64,000 nt of DNA from the human T2T-CHM13v2.0 reference genome, Homo sapiens. Under the pieces are notes generated by a model, which saw only the letters and a list, made by a program, of their open reading frames with translations, made no database searches and was not told the DNA's origin. Each line of letters starts with the position of its first letter. Positions within the stretch are counted from its first letter, which is position 1. Positions 44,143 through 58,181 of this stretch are shown piece by piece. The position numbers and the translations under genes are program-made. The DNA is taken from NCBI RefSeq assembly GCF_009914755.1, contig NC_060943.1. One strand, 5' to 3'.

Positions 44143-44418
44143 AGACAGAGTTTGCTCTGTCACCCAGTCTGGAGTGCAGTGGCATGATCTCCACTCACTG
44201 CAACTTCTGCCTCCTGGGTTCAAGTGATTCTCTTGCCTCCGCCTCTGCAGTAGCTGGGATTGCAGGCATGCACCACCACGCCTGGCTAATTTTTGTATTT
44301 TCTAGTAGAGACGGGGTTTCACCATGTTGGCCAGGCTGGTCTCCAATGCCTGGCCTCAAGTGATCTACCCACCTCGGCCTCCTAAAGAGCTGGGATTACA
44401 GAGCCACTGTACCCGGCC
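44112..44418 (-). mobile_element. AluS with ~30-T tail
   Basis: Alu dimer. Confidence 0.9.
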
Positions 44419-44481
44419 CAGAGAAGCATTCTTGAACCCTCTGTCCACAACACAGCAAATAGCCCCGGGGGCTGTGGATAG

Positions 44482-44676
44482 CAGTGGTTCTCAGCTAGGG
44501 GCAATGTTCTCCCCTGGGGGACACTTAGCAATGTCTGGAGATATTGGGGAGGGGAGTGCTTCTGGCATCCAGGGGCCAGAGATGCTGCTAAATGCCTACA
44601 ATGCACAGGACAGCCCCTACCACAATTATCTATCCCCAAATATCAGTAGCAATAGTGCCAAGGTTGAGATACCTTG
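44482..44676. mobile_element. MER20 DNA transposon
   Basis: cagtggttctca...gcaatgtctggaga...gatgctgctaaatgcctacaatgcacaggacagcccc...agtgccaaggttgaga. Confidence 0.8.
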
Positions 44677-47413
44677 GTGCACAGAGGGGAGAACCAGGCC
44701 TCTCAGTGAAACTCCGAGTTGGACTCATGGTGACAAGGCAAGTGGCGTGCCCTGCCATGCAGCTCACACCACGGCATTTGGCGTGCCCCCTGGACACCCT
44801 CCCTCCACATCCTGTCACCTTCAGACCTCAGGCGTTGATGAAAAACTTTGTAAGAAGCCGGGTGGGCTGGAAGGCAGGAACTTCAAGTGGAGTAACCCGG
44901 CACGTTCCTCCCAACTCAAACTGGCACGTGGGGTACGGAGAGGGTGGCAGGTGCAGAGGCAGCCGGGAGCCAGCCTTTTCTTCTCCCTGTGAGTGATAGC
45001 AAGCCCACGTTGTTATTGTGCACGTAGATATTACCACTTTAACTTTTACGGAGGTAAAATAACACCTTGTCACTCAGCATAAGTACCAATCACAAAATGA
45101 ATTAATTGTAATAACCGTTGTCAACAGAACAAAGGACTTGTTGCTTTCCTAAGCAGATTTCAGCGCCACTGAGAACTATATACAAACGTTCCCATTGGAC
45201 AGGCTGGCGGAAAACAGTCAGAACATAATTGTATCTGTCTATCTCTTTACTTTGTTTTTAAGGGTGAAGGAATTGAGTTAAAAACCTATATTTTAAGCAT
45301 ATCAATAAATATACCCCTTTTTGTGTTGGTGAAGTCTCCTCAAAAAACATGGAGTCTCTAATAAATTGGCCATGAAAATAGCGTTCGCTGCTGATAGCAC
45401 CTAGAAGGGCCAGCTGTAGGGGCTGCCTGTTGACTTCAAGTCATGGAGGGAATATGCCCAATTACTCCCCAATAAAACACCCTCTTATTTCTGGGAGTTA
45501 TCAAAACACATCCTCTGGACAGGTGGTCAGCTGCCCCCCAGCTCCTCAAAGGAAGATAAGTGGGCCTCACGCAGGGCCTGTGGAGTGTCTAACTGGCCCC
45601 ACATCGACACAGGCAGGCTTGTTTGCAGTCAGTCTCTTTACAGTTACATTTTATCCCCTTTTTTTTTGATTCTAGTTTTTCATATCTTAGCACATTTTCC
45701 TCTTTAAGAAGCACTGTGGGTACTCTTCTGACAAAAGGGTCATTCCTGGGAGAGGTGGTCGGCTTCAGTGGGCTGGTTCGCTCAAAAGTCTAGTTCAAGC
45801 TGTGTCCCCAGTAGAGGTGAGGCCATTCTACTGGGGGTCTTTGAGGCTTGAGAGGGGCCAAAAGGCAGAGGATGGCTTTTGCAGGTCTGCTCGGGACTTC
45901 AGTGAAATATAAAGTTGGGAATCTCCCAAAGAACTCCAAGGCAAGTGTGTCTGACACACAGGCTAAGTAGGGGTCAAGATGCCCAAAGCCCTCTTCAGTG
46001 AGGATCATGAGCAATCATGCCCCCTTCATTGAACAAAGATGTAAAAGGCAACCTGGGAAGCTTTATCTGCTTTCATGCCATGGCAGCAAAGCAGAGAAAG
46101 TAACTTGGAAGACTCAGAGGGATAGAACGACTCTTTGCAGTCCATGCCCCCTTCTTGGTGCTGGCCCTACATGTTTCTCATTTCTTCCAGGCCCACTTCC
46201 TGCTCCTGCTTCTCTGTGACCTTTGGCCAGTGTGATCCCAACATCCGGCTTCCTCCCACGGTCTCAGGCCCCTCTCACCACAGGCATGAGTCTCCCCCAC
46301 AGCATCTCTGGTGCCTTGTTAGACAGCCTGCTTTATTTTTAGGGCTCATTGAGGCCTACATTGGGCCCTCCATGATGAAATGAAAGAATCTTAGGCTATC
46401 AGAGATAGAAGTCATCTTAGAGGTCACATTTGATAGGGAGGTTGGAGAGAGGACTTGCCCTTGGTTGTAGAAGCAGAGACAAGGGGTGGTCTTGTTTTCA
46501 CGCATCCAAATTGATCCCTCTGAGTGCTGTCACTGTACATCCAAGCAAGGAAGGTGTTTGTGTGGCTTGTCCCTGCAGCTTTGGGGCATCTTTTCCTGCA
46601 GAAGGACTGGCCACTTGGAAACATGGGTAAGAGGTGGGCATCTTGGTTTAATGCGGCCCTAACTGTCATGGTAGCCCATGCCTTTGGATTTGTGTAGTTA
46701 TCTCTAGCTAGGACCAGGTACTACTTGCAGAAAAAGTACTGAAAGAGCCCTTCTCTGGAAAAGGAACTCTCCCTACTGCTTCCTGAGGCTGGTGTCTGTG
46801 TGCTGCGTCTCACGGGAAGGCAGGCTTATCCCTCGCACATTCATGGGAGAGGGGTGTTCATCACACTAAGGTCCCAGGCCCCCGTCCTAAGAGCAGAATG
46901 TGAAGTGGGGGCACCCAAGGGGGGCAGCTGTGGGATATGGAGAGAGGAGAGGTGGGGGCAGATCTTGTGCTGTGTGGACGGCCATTCTGGAAACACTGTG
47001 ACCCCTCTACCCTCCACTCCCTAACCTCACCTGCCATCCAGCAGCCTTGTCCTGGGGAACGAGGAAACAGCATTCTCTCCAAATTTGTCAGAAAGGAGAT
47101 GATTCCATCATGGGGAAGGTGCATGGTTACTTGTCCATGTACTTTAGCACATGTGGCATTCTTGCACAGCGTTGGCAGATGGTCGCCAACAGAGTAATCA
47201 AGATGACATCTCTCGTGGGGCTTACCTTCTATGGGGACACTGACAAACAAACAAACAAATAAGTTCGGCATAGGATGAGTGATATGAAGATGCTGAGGCA
47301 GGAGGAAGAGCTGGACCTTCACATGAGAAGGTCAGGATTCTATACCCCAGAGGGCAGGGAAGGCCTCTTTGTTGAAGGGGGACATTGGAGAGAGACTAGA
47401 GACAGTATCACAT

Positions 47414-48378
47414 GTATCACATGGATAGAGAGCTAGAGCTCATCAGGACTTTTAATGGCCATATACAACAAATTCACCTGGAAAACGTGGCCCAACCCTT
47501 AGACATGTGAGTTAAGCCACCTTGGAGAGAGGCAGATGGTTGCTCAGACCCACCTGCACCAGACGCACCAGTGTGCAGAAATCTGAGGGGGGCACATATT
47601 CTAAGGAGAGGGTACAGGAAAGACAAAGACCCTCAGATGAGAGAGGAACAGAGTTTTGGAGGGCTTTTAGACCTCAGGACCCAGAGATCCCTGTGTAAGT
47701 GAACAGGATTTCCAAGGTTTTTCCAGATGTTGATATTTCATCCAAGCTTCTCGAGGGCCCTGTGTGGTCAACAGAGCTGGGACTTGGGGCTGTTTTTCCC
47801 ATTTTTATAGATGGGGAAGCTGATGTTCAAAGAGAAAATAATGACTTGCATTAGTAATAGTTTGTGGTAGTGAAAGGCAGGGCTAGGGCCCCAGGTCTCC
47901 TGACTCCCAATACCAGGCTCATTCTGCTACCCTGGAATACTTCTGCCTGTTCCTGGGACTCTGATGTGTCTTTTGAGGCTGACCAGTTGTACGGTAGGAC
48001 TACTGGGCCTAGGGGAGGCATCATAACTCATTCTTTGCACATTCCCCCCATTCCTGGTGAAAAGAAAGGTTGAAACTTAGAAGATTGGTCATAGACTTTG
48101 GAAACATGATACTATGAGAAACACAGCCATCCTCCAACTCCCCCAAGATGAAGGTCTTTTGTCCTCACGGACCAAGACTGTCCATGACAGAGTCCATGGA
48201 TTGAACTACACCCACCCGGTTTCCTTTTAGGTATCACATGGATAGAGAGCAGGAGCTCGTCAGGACTTTTGATGGCCATACACAACAAATTCACCTGGAA
48301 AACGTGGGCCAATCCTTGGACATCTGAGTTAAGCCACCTTGGAGAGAGGCAGATGGTTGCTCAGACCTGCCTGCACCA
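47414..48378 (+). repeat. Direct non-tandem duplication, 148 bp (47414-47561 and 48231-48378)
   Basis: Ungapped alignment with 11 mismatches counted by eye. Confidence 0.95.
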
Positions 48379-49669
48379 TGAAGTTTCACTCCATGCTGAC
48401 CGTGACCAGCAGGGGTTCAGCCCCTCCTGGACACCTTCCAACATGATGGCCATGACAGTGGTGGTGCCACCCAAGGTGCAGAGGAGCTATTGCCAGGACG
48501 GGCAGCTGTCTTTCCAAAATCCCAGTTTTTGTCAGGGAAAACTGCTTTCAAATAAATAGCTGTTTCTGGATGATTCTTTTTAGTATTTCTTCTCCCAGCT
48601 GGCTGTTATATTGTTTGCATTGCATACCATTCTGGGAGGCAAAAGGTAGCCCACCTTTCATACTAGCTGCAATAGTATCTATTTCCCAAAATTAAAAGGT
48701 CAAATTAGGAACTATAGCAGCCTTAAAATACTTTATCTGCTCTCAACTTGAGAAGACATGTAGAAAGGCTTCTTTTGTACCCTAAAACTATTTGTGATGT
48801 TCTCCATGCATGGGGGTGAATTTGCAATGGGATCAGAGAACCAGGGTAAGCATGAAAGACTGGGGGAAGAGACCCTTCAAGAAAAGAAGCCAGGATCCCA
48901 GGTGGGTTCCTCTGCAAAGAAAGGCCCAGAGGTGCAACTCCCAAGCCCACTGCCTCCTGCTGCTGAGCTATACCTTGCCTTGGGGAAGTTGGCTTGTGGG
49001 TGGCCCCCATTAGGTGCTCAACTGATGCTAACGGTTGGTCACAATAGCAATGACCTCTTTCCCTCACTGATGCCCAAGGTCCAGCCAAAGACATTGGGCT
49101 TGAATAGCAAGGGCAGGATTCAGCAGAGACAGGCGTTGCCTTAAGGCCTTTCTGGCTTCCGGTCAATCCAGCATTCTTCTTACAGGGGAGCTTGCATGCT
49201 CACTTAGCTTGAAGCCCATGTAATCCCATGCTGTGAAGAGCTCATGCCAGGCCAGGCCATGTCACAGCAACAAAACTGAAGGTATGCACTTCATCATGAT
49301 CAAGTGTATAGATCTATCTGTTTGTATACTATAATATCTATGTATTTGTTATAAAATAAAACTAAAAATACATTTTTTAATCAATGAGTTTTTCCCTCCT
49401 GACTTCTGCTAAATCCTATTCGATTTTTTTTTAAAGGTGAGAGGCTAAGGTCTAGCGTGGCTTGAATTTAGTCTAGTGCAGCCATGCATCGGAAAGTGAT
49501 GGCAGGAAGGCTGTGGGCTGTAGTTCGTCATCTGGGTTTGTCAGTCTACACTGGGACAGGTCTACACAGCCTGTCTCTGCTCATGTAGTCCTTACCTCCA
49601 CTCCTTGTTGTCTGTGCAGGGGATTACTGAGTTGTCAGGAAACATGGTCAGGAGGTACTCTGCAGCAGA

Positions 49670-50490
49670 ATTTATCCATTCATTCATTCATTCATTCATT
49701 CATTCAGCAAGCAAGCATTGATGGAACATCTCTCCTATGCCAGGCACTCTTCTCAACATTAGGGCATGGAAATGCACAAAAACAGCCAGAAGCCCTAGAC
49801 CTGTGAACCTGTTTCTCCTTTGCTATGCCCCGCCGGGCACTTCCCTCCATGGACAGCCCCTCCATGGGATAGGACTTTGTTGGCATGGTATGGTCCCCTA
49901 CTCCCAGGACCTCTCAGTCAGTGGTGGCTGGACACCACCCCTCCCATCCAGAGCCTTGCTCTGTTGGCCTCCTGAAGATGATCCTGCCCGCCCAGGTGGC
50001 CACCACCATCTATTGCAGCAAGAGGAGCGAGACTGAGGGAGTAGCGACATCTGTCTTGCTCAGTCATCCAGCAAATATTTCCTGATGGTTCCTGTGCACC
50101 AGATCCTTTCCTAGGTATCAGAGACCCAGCGGTCCAGAAAGGAGGCAAAAACTCCTCCCTGCCTTCAGGCAGCTCACAGTCTAGAGGGCAGTGGGCAAAT
50201 GGAATAACGGGTAGGTTAGATGGTGAGAAGGCTATGGAGAGAAATAAGGCAAACCAGGAGTTAGGGAGTGCCGGGGGTGCTGCTACTTTCCAGAGGTGGA
50301 CAGAGACAAGGCCTGTGCAGTGACACCCAGGGATTTGAAGGAAGCCAGTGCGTTCCTCGGAGGATGTGGGGCGCACACTTGGGTGAGGCCCTGAGGACAG
50401 CAGCATGTACAGTTCAGAGAACTTTGGAGAGAGAATATGTAGAAGAGGGGGAGGGACGGGTCACAGAAATGGCCTAGGCCTTGTGGCCAC
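49670..50490 (-). mobile_element. L2 fragments with (CATT)n tail
   Basis: cattcattcattc...ctatgccaggcact and tgccttcaggcagctcacagtctag. Confidence 0.55.
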
Positions 50491-53469
50491 AAGAGCGACT
50501 CCGGCAGAGGCCAGCTTCATGGGGTGTGCGCCCCATGCAGTCCCTTAAGGCCTACACTGAGAAGGGCTCGGCTCATGGTATAAGGGTCAAGTGTGCCCAC
50601 ATTGGAATTCTTAATGATGTTTGAGCCAAGGGTCCTGCATTTCTCTTTTGCAGTGGGTCCCACAGATGCCATAGTGCCTCTGACCCTGGCTTTTCCACCA
50701 GGCAGGAAGGAAAGCCTCTGCAGAGCATGAGACGATTTGGAGAGAGCAGGCTGCTGGGCGTGGGGGACCCATGGGTGGGAAGGTAGGAGGCCGGGAAGGA
50801 GGCTGTTGTGGTGACTGAGCCCAGGATGGAGGTCCTTGTTCCGGTGTCAGTGACGATGCAGATAGGACACTCTGTTCCAAGCCTGCGTCTCCCGCTCTGT
50901 CTCCTTCCCCCATCGTTCCTCCATCTCCACTGCTATCTCAAGCCCCACCTGGGTCCTCCTTCTCCAGAGCCCCACCCCTGTCCTTGACATCTTGGGAGCC
51001 CCAGTTTCATGGTTGAACTTCAATCTTTTCCCTCTGTCTTCTTTATTGACTTCTTTCTGACCTCCTGGGGAATTGACAGCTGTCCAGAAGCTGCAGATAG
51101 GCTGTGCTCTTCTACGCTAGTGGCGCTCATGTCTGATACTGTGGGCTGGACAGCCAGGTTCTGTTCCTGGTCATGGGGACCCACTGCCATGCACCATCCA
51201 TACCCCCTGCCTCACTTTCCTCTGCAGCCCACAGTGTCCAGTCCCAGGGGACTGGGTGCTCACAGTGAGGCTTGTGGAGTTTTCTTCCTGCAAATCCACC
51301 TGGTCCACGTGGGGACTGGAGGCTTTCTTGTCCTGGGCAATGCTTTCAGCAACTCAGCCGTCTTCCAAGGGGAACAGTCAGACAAGAGGATCCGGCCTTT
51401 CCTGGAGTTGCATGTCTCTTTAGGGAGGCACTCTGCAAGCCGGCACATCCCTGCCTCAGTTTCCCTGGATCACATGCTCCTCACAGTTGTACTTTAAATA
51501 CTCTTTTGCCTGGTTTTATTTGTTTGGGATTTGAAGTCTGTTTTTTGTTGTTGTTGTTGTTTTGTTTCTTAAACACCTTGATAGGTTTTGCAAACAGCAT
51601 CTTGAAAAGTAGCTTTTTGATTTGAATAAGAAATGAAAGCAAAAGCCACCAACTCTTCAACGATTATTTATTGTGCATGTTTTTTTCTCCTTCATTTTAA
51701 TACCCCGGCTCTTTAATACCAAAATATCACACATAGAAGAAAGCTTTAAAAAATTAGATGGGGGTGGAGTGGCAGTTGTGGTGTAAATTTGCTTCATGGT
51801 TAAGGCCTTGTATGCCAAGTTTTAGTCTGAATTACATATTTACAGCTGAGTTATAAACCCCCGAAAAACAGGATTTATCATGGAAATAGTGACACAACTT
51901 CAGCCAGCCTGGTGTTCTTGGGGGTTGGGGTAATATACTGTGCAGAGAAGTCAGTTCATTAGTTAGTTATAAACAAAGGACAGAGATAGTAAATTAGAGT
52001 AGGTATTTCAGCAGTTTTCTGTGTATTTACGACACCAAGATATGCAGCTGCATTTTATTCCTTGAGATAGTATTTAAGTATTGCAGATTTAAAGCGCGTT
52101 TTTAGATATGGCCATGGTACATTTTTAGCCTGGGTCATTCTAGTTCTTCTGTAGTTTTATTCGTGGTATTTTCTTCTTTCTCTGTTGCTCATTAGAAAAA
52201 TGTTAAAAATCCATTTTCGTCTGATTAATAATAAAGCTGATCACATGTAACCTAATTTTCATTCAGTGCTGCCCCTGTCTGTGGAGTCATATACAAAGTG
52301 ACCTTTGAATCGCCAGTGGACTCATAAAGTACAATAAGCACCATTGTCCTGTCAAAAATTGAAGATGTTTTACATCATTACAAAATTTAATGTTCCATCT
52401 TTTCAAATGCACTACTTTTCAAAGGCCACATTCCAATTGAAGCTCATTAAAATCAGACTCAAGTTTCCTGTGGTGGGGATGAAGAGAGTTTCGCAGGCAA
52501 TGGGAGGAAAATGAATCACTCTTTTAAAACAGATATGGTTACATATTAGTTTTGAAAGGTACAGGGATGGGAGAGCCTCTGTTGCCGGCAACAGTGCGGC
52601 TTTTGTGCTGATAAATCCAATAACTGCCTCCTGGTTCTTTTTACTTCACCCACCCTGTATCCTATTTACTTGCAAATAAATCAGCTCTCTAAATAAAATT
52701 GTTGTTTTAAAGTTCAGAGGTGGAATCTGAAGGGGTTTCTGGAGAGATGCTGTAAAGTCAGCCCGGCAATTTCAGATTAAAGAAAAAAATGTTCCTCTGA
52801 CTCAGAGACCTGATATTATAGAAACCTGGTCACTAGAGAGGGTTTCCTAGTTCCTGGGGAAGGTTGGCCCGCGAAGCGCAGTGTTTTAACTAAGAGCCAG
52901 CTCAGTCACCCACTGGGGATGGGCCACAGTAGGGACCCTGGAATTCTGAGCCCAGGCATAATGCCTGCCTTGGCAAAGCAAACATCCACAGGTCTTCCTG
53001 TTCCAGTTCTTTTTCGGTTGTCATGCTGGACATCTTGGCTTTTTCTTGGCTGCATCTGAGCACGGAATCTCTGGCCTGGTCTCTATGTAAGTTTTTCTGG
53101 CTGGTCCTTGGGTTATACGACATGAGGAATGAGCTCTTCCCATATTGGGCACTGCTCATGCAATGGAATTGTTTAGGTCTAGTTTTTTGCAGAATACTCA
53201 CGTGCATCTTTTGAGCTCTTGAAATACTGGCCTCTTCAAGAAACATCTAGGTTGGAAAGTTGTTCACTTTGCAGAGCAGGAAGGACAACTTGAGGCCCGA
53301 CACTGCTCACCGTAGGCTTGACACCCAGCTCCACTTACCAGGCCATAGGGCTCTCATGGGCCATTTATCAGGCATTGGGATTTAGTCAAAAGAGAGTTAT
53401 CCAGGTTCTGGGCAGGCTCATTTGTACCTTAGGGGACCATTTCAGAGTACAAGCTTTGGCATCCGCTGG

Positions 53470-53655
53470 AATTGAGTTTGTGGCCCAGTTCTACTGCTGG
53501 AGGCTGTGACCTTGGTCAGGCTGCTTAGCTTTTCTGGGCTCCAGATTCCTCATAGAAATAATAATAGTATCTACCTGACATAACTATATAAGATTACACA
53601 TGTAAAGTCTTTAACCCTGTTTCTAAGACTTAGTTATTGATCATTAACTGTGAGT
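53470..53655. mobile_element. MIR
   Basis: ctgtgaccttggtcagg...tttctgggctccagattcctcat...ataatagtatctacct. Confidence 0.6.
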
Positions 53656-53799
53656 TACAGGCTAGTTGTTCTTTTACTTATAGCTAGAAAATCACTATCT
53701 GTGTTCTATCTTTGGAGTGTAAGAGAGTTTAGAGAGGTAAAACAAGAAGAAGAAAATGGCTTGCACCTGATCGAATGACTAATGGGTTTTCCATGACAG

Positions 53800-54255
53800 C
53801 TATAGCAGTTAGCTACTGCCGTGTTACAAACTTAGTGGGTAAAACAACAGCAATTTATGTTTTCTCACAGGTCTTTGGGTCAGCTGGGTGATCCTGCTGA
53901 TCCTGGCTAGGCTCAACTGATCTTCACTGGACTTCCTCATGATTCAGTAGGTGGCTAGGTCAGCTGGAGGATGGCTGGTCTAGGATGGCTTTGACTGGGG
54001 TTCCTTAGTTCTGTTCTGTGTGGTCTCTCATCTCCAGCAGGTTAGCCTGGGCTCGTTCTCATGATGGAGGCTCTTCCAAGAGAGCAAATGGAAACGCAGA
54101 GGCACTTCTGCCCAATTCTGCTTGCAAAGTTACCATCAATCATCCCACCGGCCACAGTCACATGGCCACACCCAGAGTCAGTGTGGGAGGAACCTAGCAG
54201 AGGGCATGGATGAAGGAGGCATGAGCCTTGTAGGTACTAATGCAATCAATCTCTT
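53800..54255. mobile_element. MLT1-type MaLR LTR
   Basis: aaacttagtgggtaaaacaacagcaatttat...tctcacag...ggctggtctaggatggc...agtcacatggcca. Confidence 0.65.
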
Positions 54256-55746
54256 TCTGTCCCCACATCCCCAAGGGGCACATTGAGTTATATGGACAGT
54301 GGTGTGGCAGGGTGAATCTAATACTTTAGAAGATGTTTTAATTCCTTCAGTCTCAGGACAGCACTCTGGTGAGATGTTCCATTATGTTTTTCTGGTATGC
54401 TCTGAGGTCTTTCCTACAACCACCTGCTTTACCACCACTGAACCCATTCTTCCCACAAGGAAAACTTCCTTTCTTCTTTCTGCTGGTAGACTCTTTTTAA
54501 GAAAGCTGTCTTGAAAGATTGTATGGCTTCTTCACAATGTCCTAGTTCCAAAGGCCCATGGCTGGGATTGAGCAGACGCAGTTGCTGAGTCTGAAAGCCC
54601 CTGGCCTCCCTCTCCCTGTCACCCCTTGCTGGCTCCCTCCCTCATCTTCAAGGTCCTCTCCTGCTCTCTTGCCCTCAGGGGATCCATGTTCACCCAGTGG
54701 TTCTGGTATTGGCAATGCACCTGAGCTGCCCCAATGGCCAACATTGGGTCCAGGCCACAGAGAGCCCCGGGCTGGGGACCCCTTCCCTGCTGTACCCTAC
54801 TCGGAGTTCTAGGTCCCCCTTATGCTTTCTGGTTTGTGCTACAGGGAAGGGCCCATGCTGAAGAGACCTATGGTCTTGCAGCGAGTTTCTCAAATGCTCC
54901 TCCTGCCCTTGATGGATGGGAAATGGTGTCTTTCAAGGCACTGGCATCCAGAGTCTGACCCTAGTAGGTGTGGGTGTACTCAGCACAACTGTGGTCAGGT
55001 GCCCGAGAAGCCAAGATTAGTGAGGCACACCTCCACATGCAAAAGCAGGGGCTCTGTCTGTGGAGTGGGGTACCTGTGTGTTTCTGCGGGCATGCCAGGG
55101 AGGGTATGCTGTAGTGGTGCTGGGAGCAAGACTCTCCCAGCCCCTCTTCCAAAGGAGGCTGAGGAGCTGCTGTGTCTCAGCCAATGGATGCTCTGGCCCA
55201 GACGTCATCTAAGCCCTCTGGGTTCAGGCTCCTATGATCCTGTGTGGAGCTGCAGAAACAATAGGGTCTCGAGGAAATTCCAGCTCATCCTACTCTTTTC
55301 TTCCTCCCCTTTGGGCCCGTTTCTCACCAGGGTCTCCACAGTGGTCAGAGCAACTCCAGCTCCTGGCTGCTTGGAACTCTCCCTGCTGGTGACCCCACTG
55401 ACATCCTCCATGGATCAGATGGGGGCAGCAGAGACTGTGTCCACAGGAAGTGGACAGCTGTGACTGCAGGTGGCCCCAGCATTTTCCAAGACCTGTAGGA
55501 GCCCATCGGTCCTCATTCGATCTGGAAGTGATTTTCCTAGAAGAATTGGGTATTAGCTTCTGGAATTATGAGCAGGAAAAGCTTGCTTTAGAAACTCCAA
55601 AATCTGATATTCCATCTGAATTTAGAAAAGCAGACCTGATCAAATTCACTATGTAAGTAAAACTACTTATTTAGAAAAAGAAATAATAGTCAACTAATAA
55701 GTTCAACTACTTCTCCTGCCTCTAAATTTATGATGGAAAGTTAGAG

Positions 55747-56048
<302 letters not shown>

Positions 56049-56208
56049 GTTACAGTTGCTTGTGGTGGTTGAAGATTTGGCTTTGAGGACTGGAAACAGC
56101 TCTTGCAGGGGACAGAGAGAGGCCGAGATCAGCTGATGGCTGTGTCCTTTCTTGGGAGGACTTTCTGGATGTCTGTGGCTGGAAGCAGGACAGTAAAGAA
56201 AAGGAGTG

Positions 56209-56794
<586 letters not shown>

Positions 56795-56926
56795 CTATAG
56801 GGTGCCTACTGCCAAGGGAGCCTGTGGGTGTGATTCTACTGCTCACACAGTTGAAAACAATTCTCTACATGCTGCAGCTTCCAATTCTCTACACAGCTGA
56901 TGTCCTGGCTTCTCTTCCTAGTTTCT

Positions 56927-57613
56927 CTTTTTTTTTTTTTTTTTTTTTTTTCAGACAGGGTCTAATTCTCTCACCCAGGTGCAAATGACCAGTGGTGTGA
57001 TCATAGCTCATAGCTCACTGCAGCCTCAAACTCCTGGGCTCAAGTGATCCTCCTGCCTCAGCCTCCTGAGTACCTGGGACTACAGGTGCATGCCATTATG
57101 CCAGGCTAATTTTTTTATTTTTTATAGAGACGATGTATTAGTCTGTTCTCACACTGCTGATAAAGACATACCCAAGACTAGGTTATTTATAAAGAAAAAG
57201 AGGTTTAATGGACTCACAGTTCTTTGTGACTGGGGAGGCCTCACAATCATGGCTGGTGGAAGGTGAAAGGCACGTCTTACATGGCAGCAGACAAGAGAGG
57301 GAATGACAGCCAAGTGGAAAGGGAAACCCCTCATAGAACCATCAGATGTCGTGGGACTTATTTGCTACCATGAAAACAGTGTGGGGGAAACCATCCCCAT
57401 GATTCAATGATCTCCCACTGGGTCCCTCCCACAACACGTGGGAATTATGGGAGCTACAATTCAAGATGAGATTTGGATGGGGACACAGCCAAACCATATC
57501 AGATGTGGTCTCACTATGTTACTCAGACTGGTCCTGAACCCCTGGCCTTAGGGATCCTCCTAACTCAGCCTCCCAAAGTCCTGGGATTACAAGCATGAGA
57601 CACCTGTCTGGCC
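56927..57613 (-). mobile_element. AluJ interrupted by a THE1 LTR
   Basis: Right arm at 56927-57133 and left arm at 57502-57613. Confidence 0.88.
57134..57501 (-). mobile_element. THE1 (MaLR) solo LTR, 368 bp
   Basis: Reverse complement begins TGATATGGTTTGGCTGTGTCCCC and ends ...ACTAATACA. Degenerate 5-bp TSD gacga/gatgt. Confidence 0.9.
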
Positions 57614-58181
57614 TCTCACTAGCTCCTTGATTGACTTTAAGTAAGCCCCAGACCTCTGTAGGCCTAAGGTTCCTCATCTGTGCCATGAGGGGTAGCACTA
57701 GGTAGTCCCCATGGGCCTTATCAACACTGACAGTCATGAGACCTGTTGGAAGGAGTTCCTGGTCTCTGAGTGGTATTTCTAAGAAAAGTGTGGGAGTCAC
57801 AGGAGGACAGTCCCTGAGCAGAACAGGGCCATGCTGTGTGATGCTGTTGAAAGGACCCTCAGCCCCTTTGGCCTTTCTCCAGGCTGGTGGGGAGATGCCC
57901 CGGGTGGCTCCAACAGAGATCTTTCTGTCTGGCTGCAGTGCAGGGAGCAACTGTTCTGAGAGGCAGAGAGGCCATTGGCAAGCCAGGGTGACTAGCAGGC
58001 ACTACACTTTATTGGGAGAAGGGCTTCCTCGGCAGCTGGAATGGGTGTGCTTTTGGTGTGTGTGTATGTATGGGTCCTGGCCTGCAGCTCCACCCAGATG
58101 CTTAAGAAGTGCCCCACACTTGAACACTTCCTTCCAGAATCAAGGCTCCGGATGGGGCTGACCCCTAGCCCCTGAGTGTCA

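Noticed and set aside
44324-44992. 222-aa ORF
   Set aside because: Built from Alu and MER20 sequence.
54822-55463. 213-aa ORF
   Set aside because: No recognisable domain or exon structure; expected by chance in GC-richer DNA.
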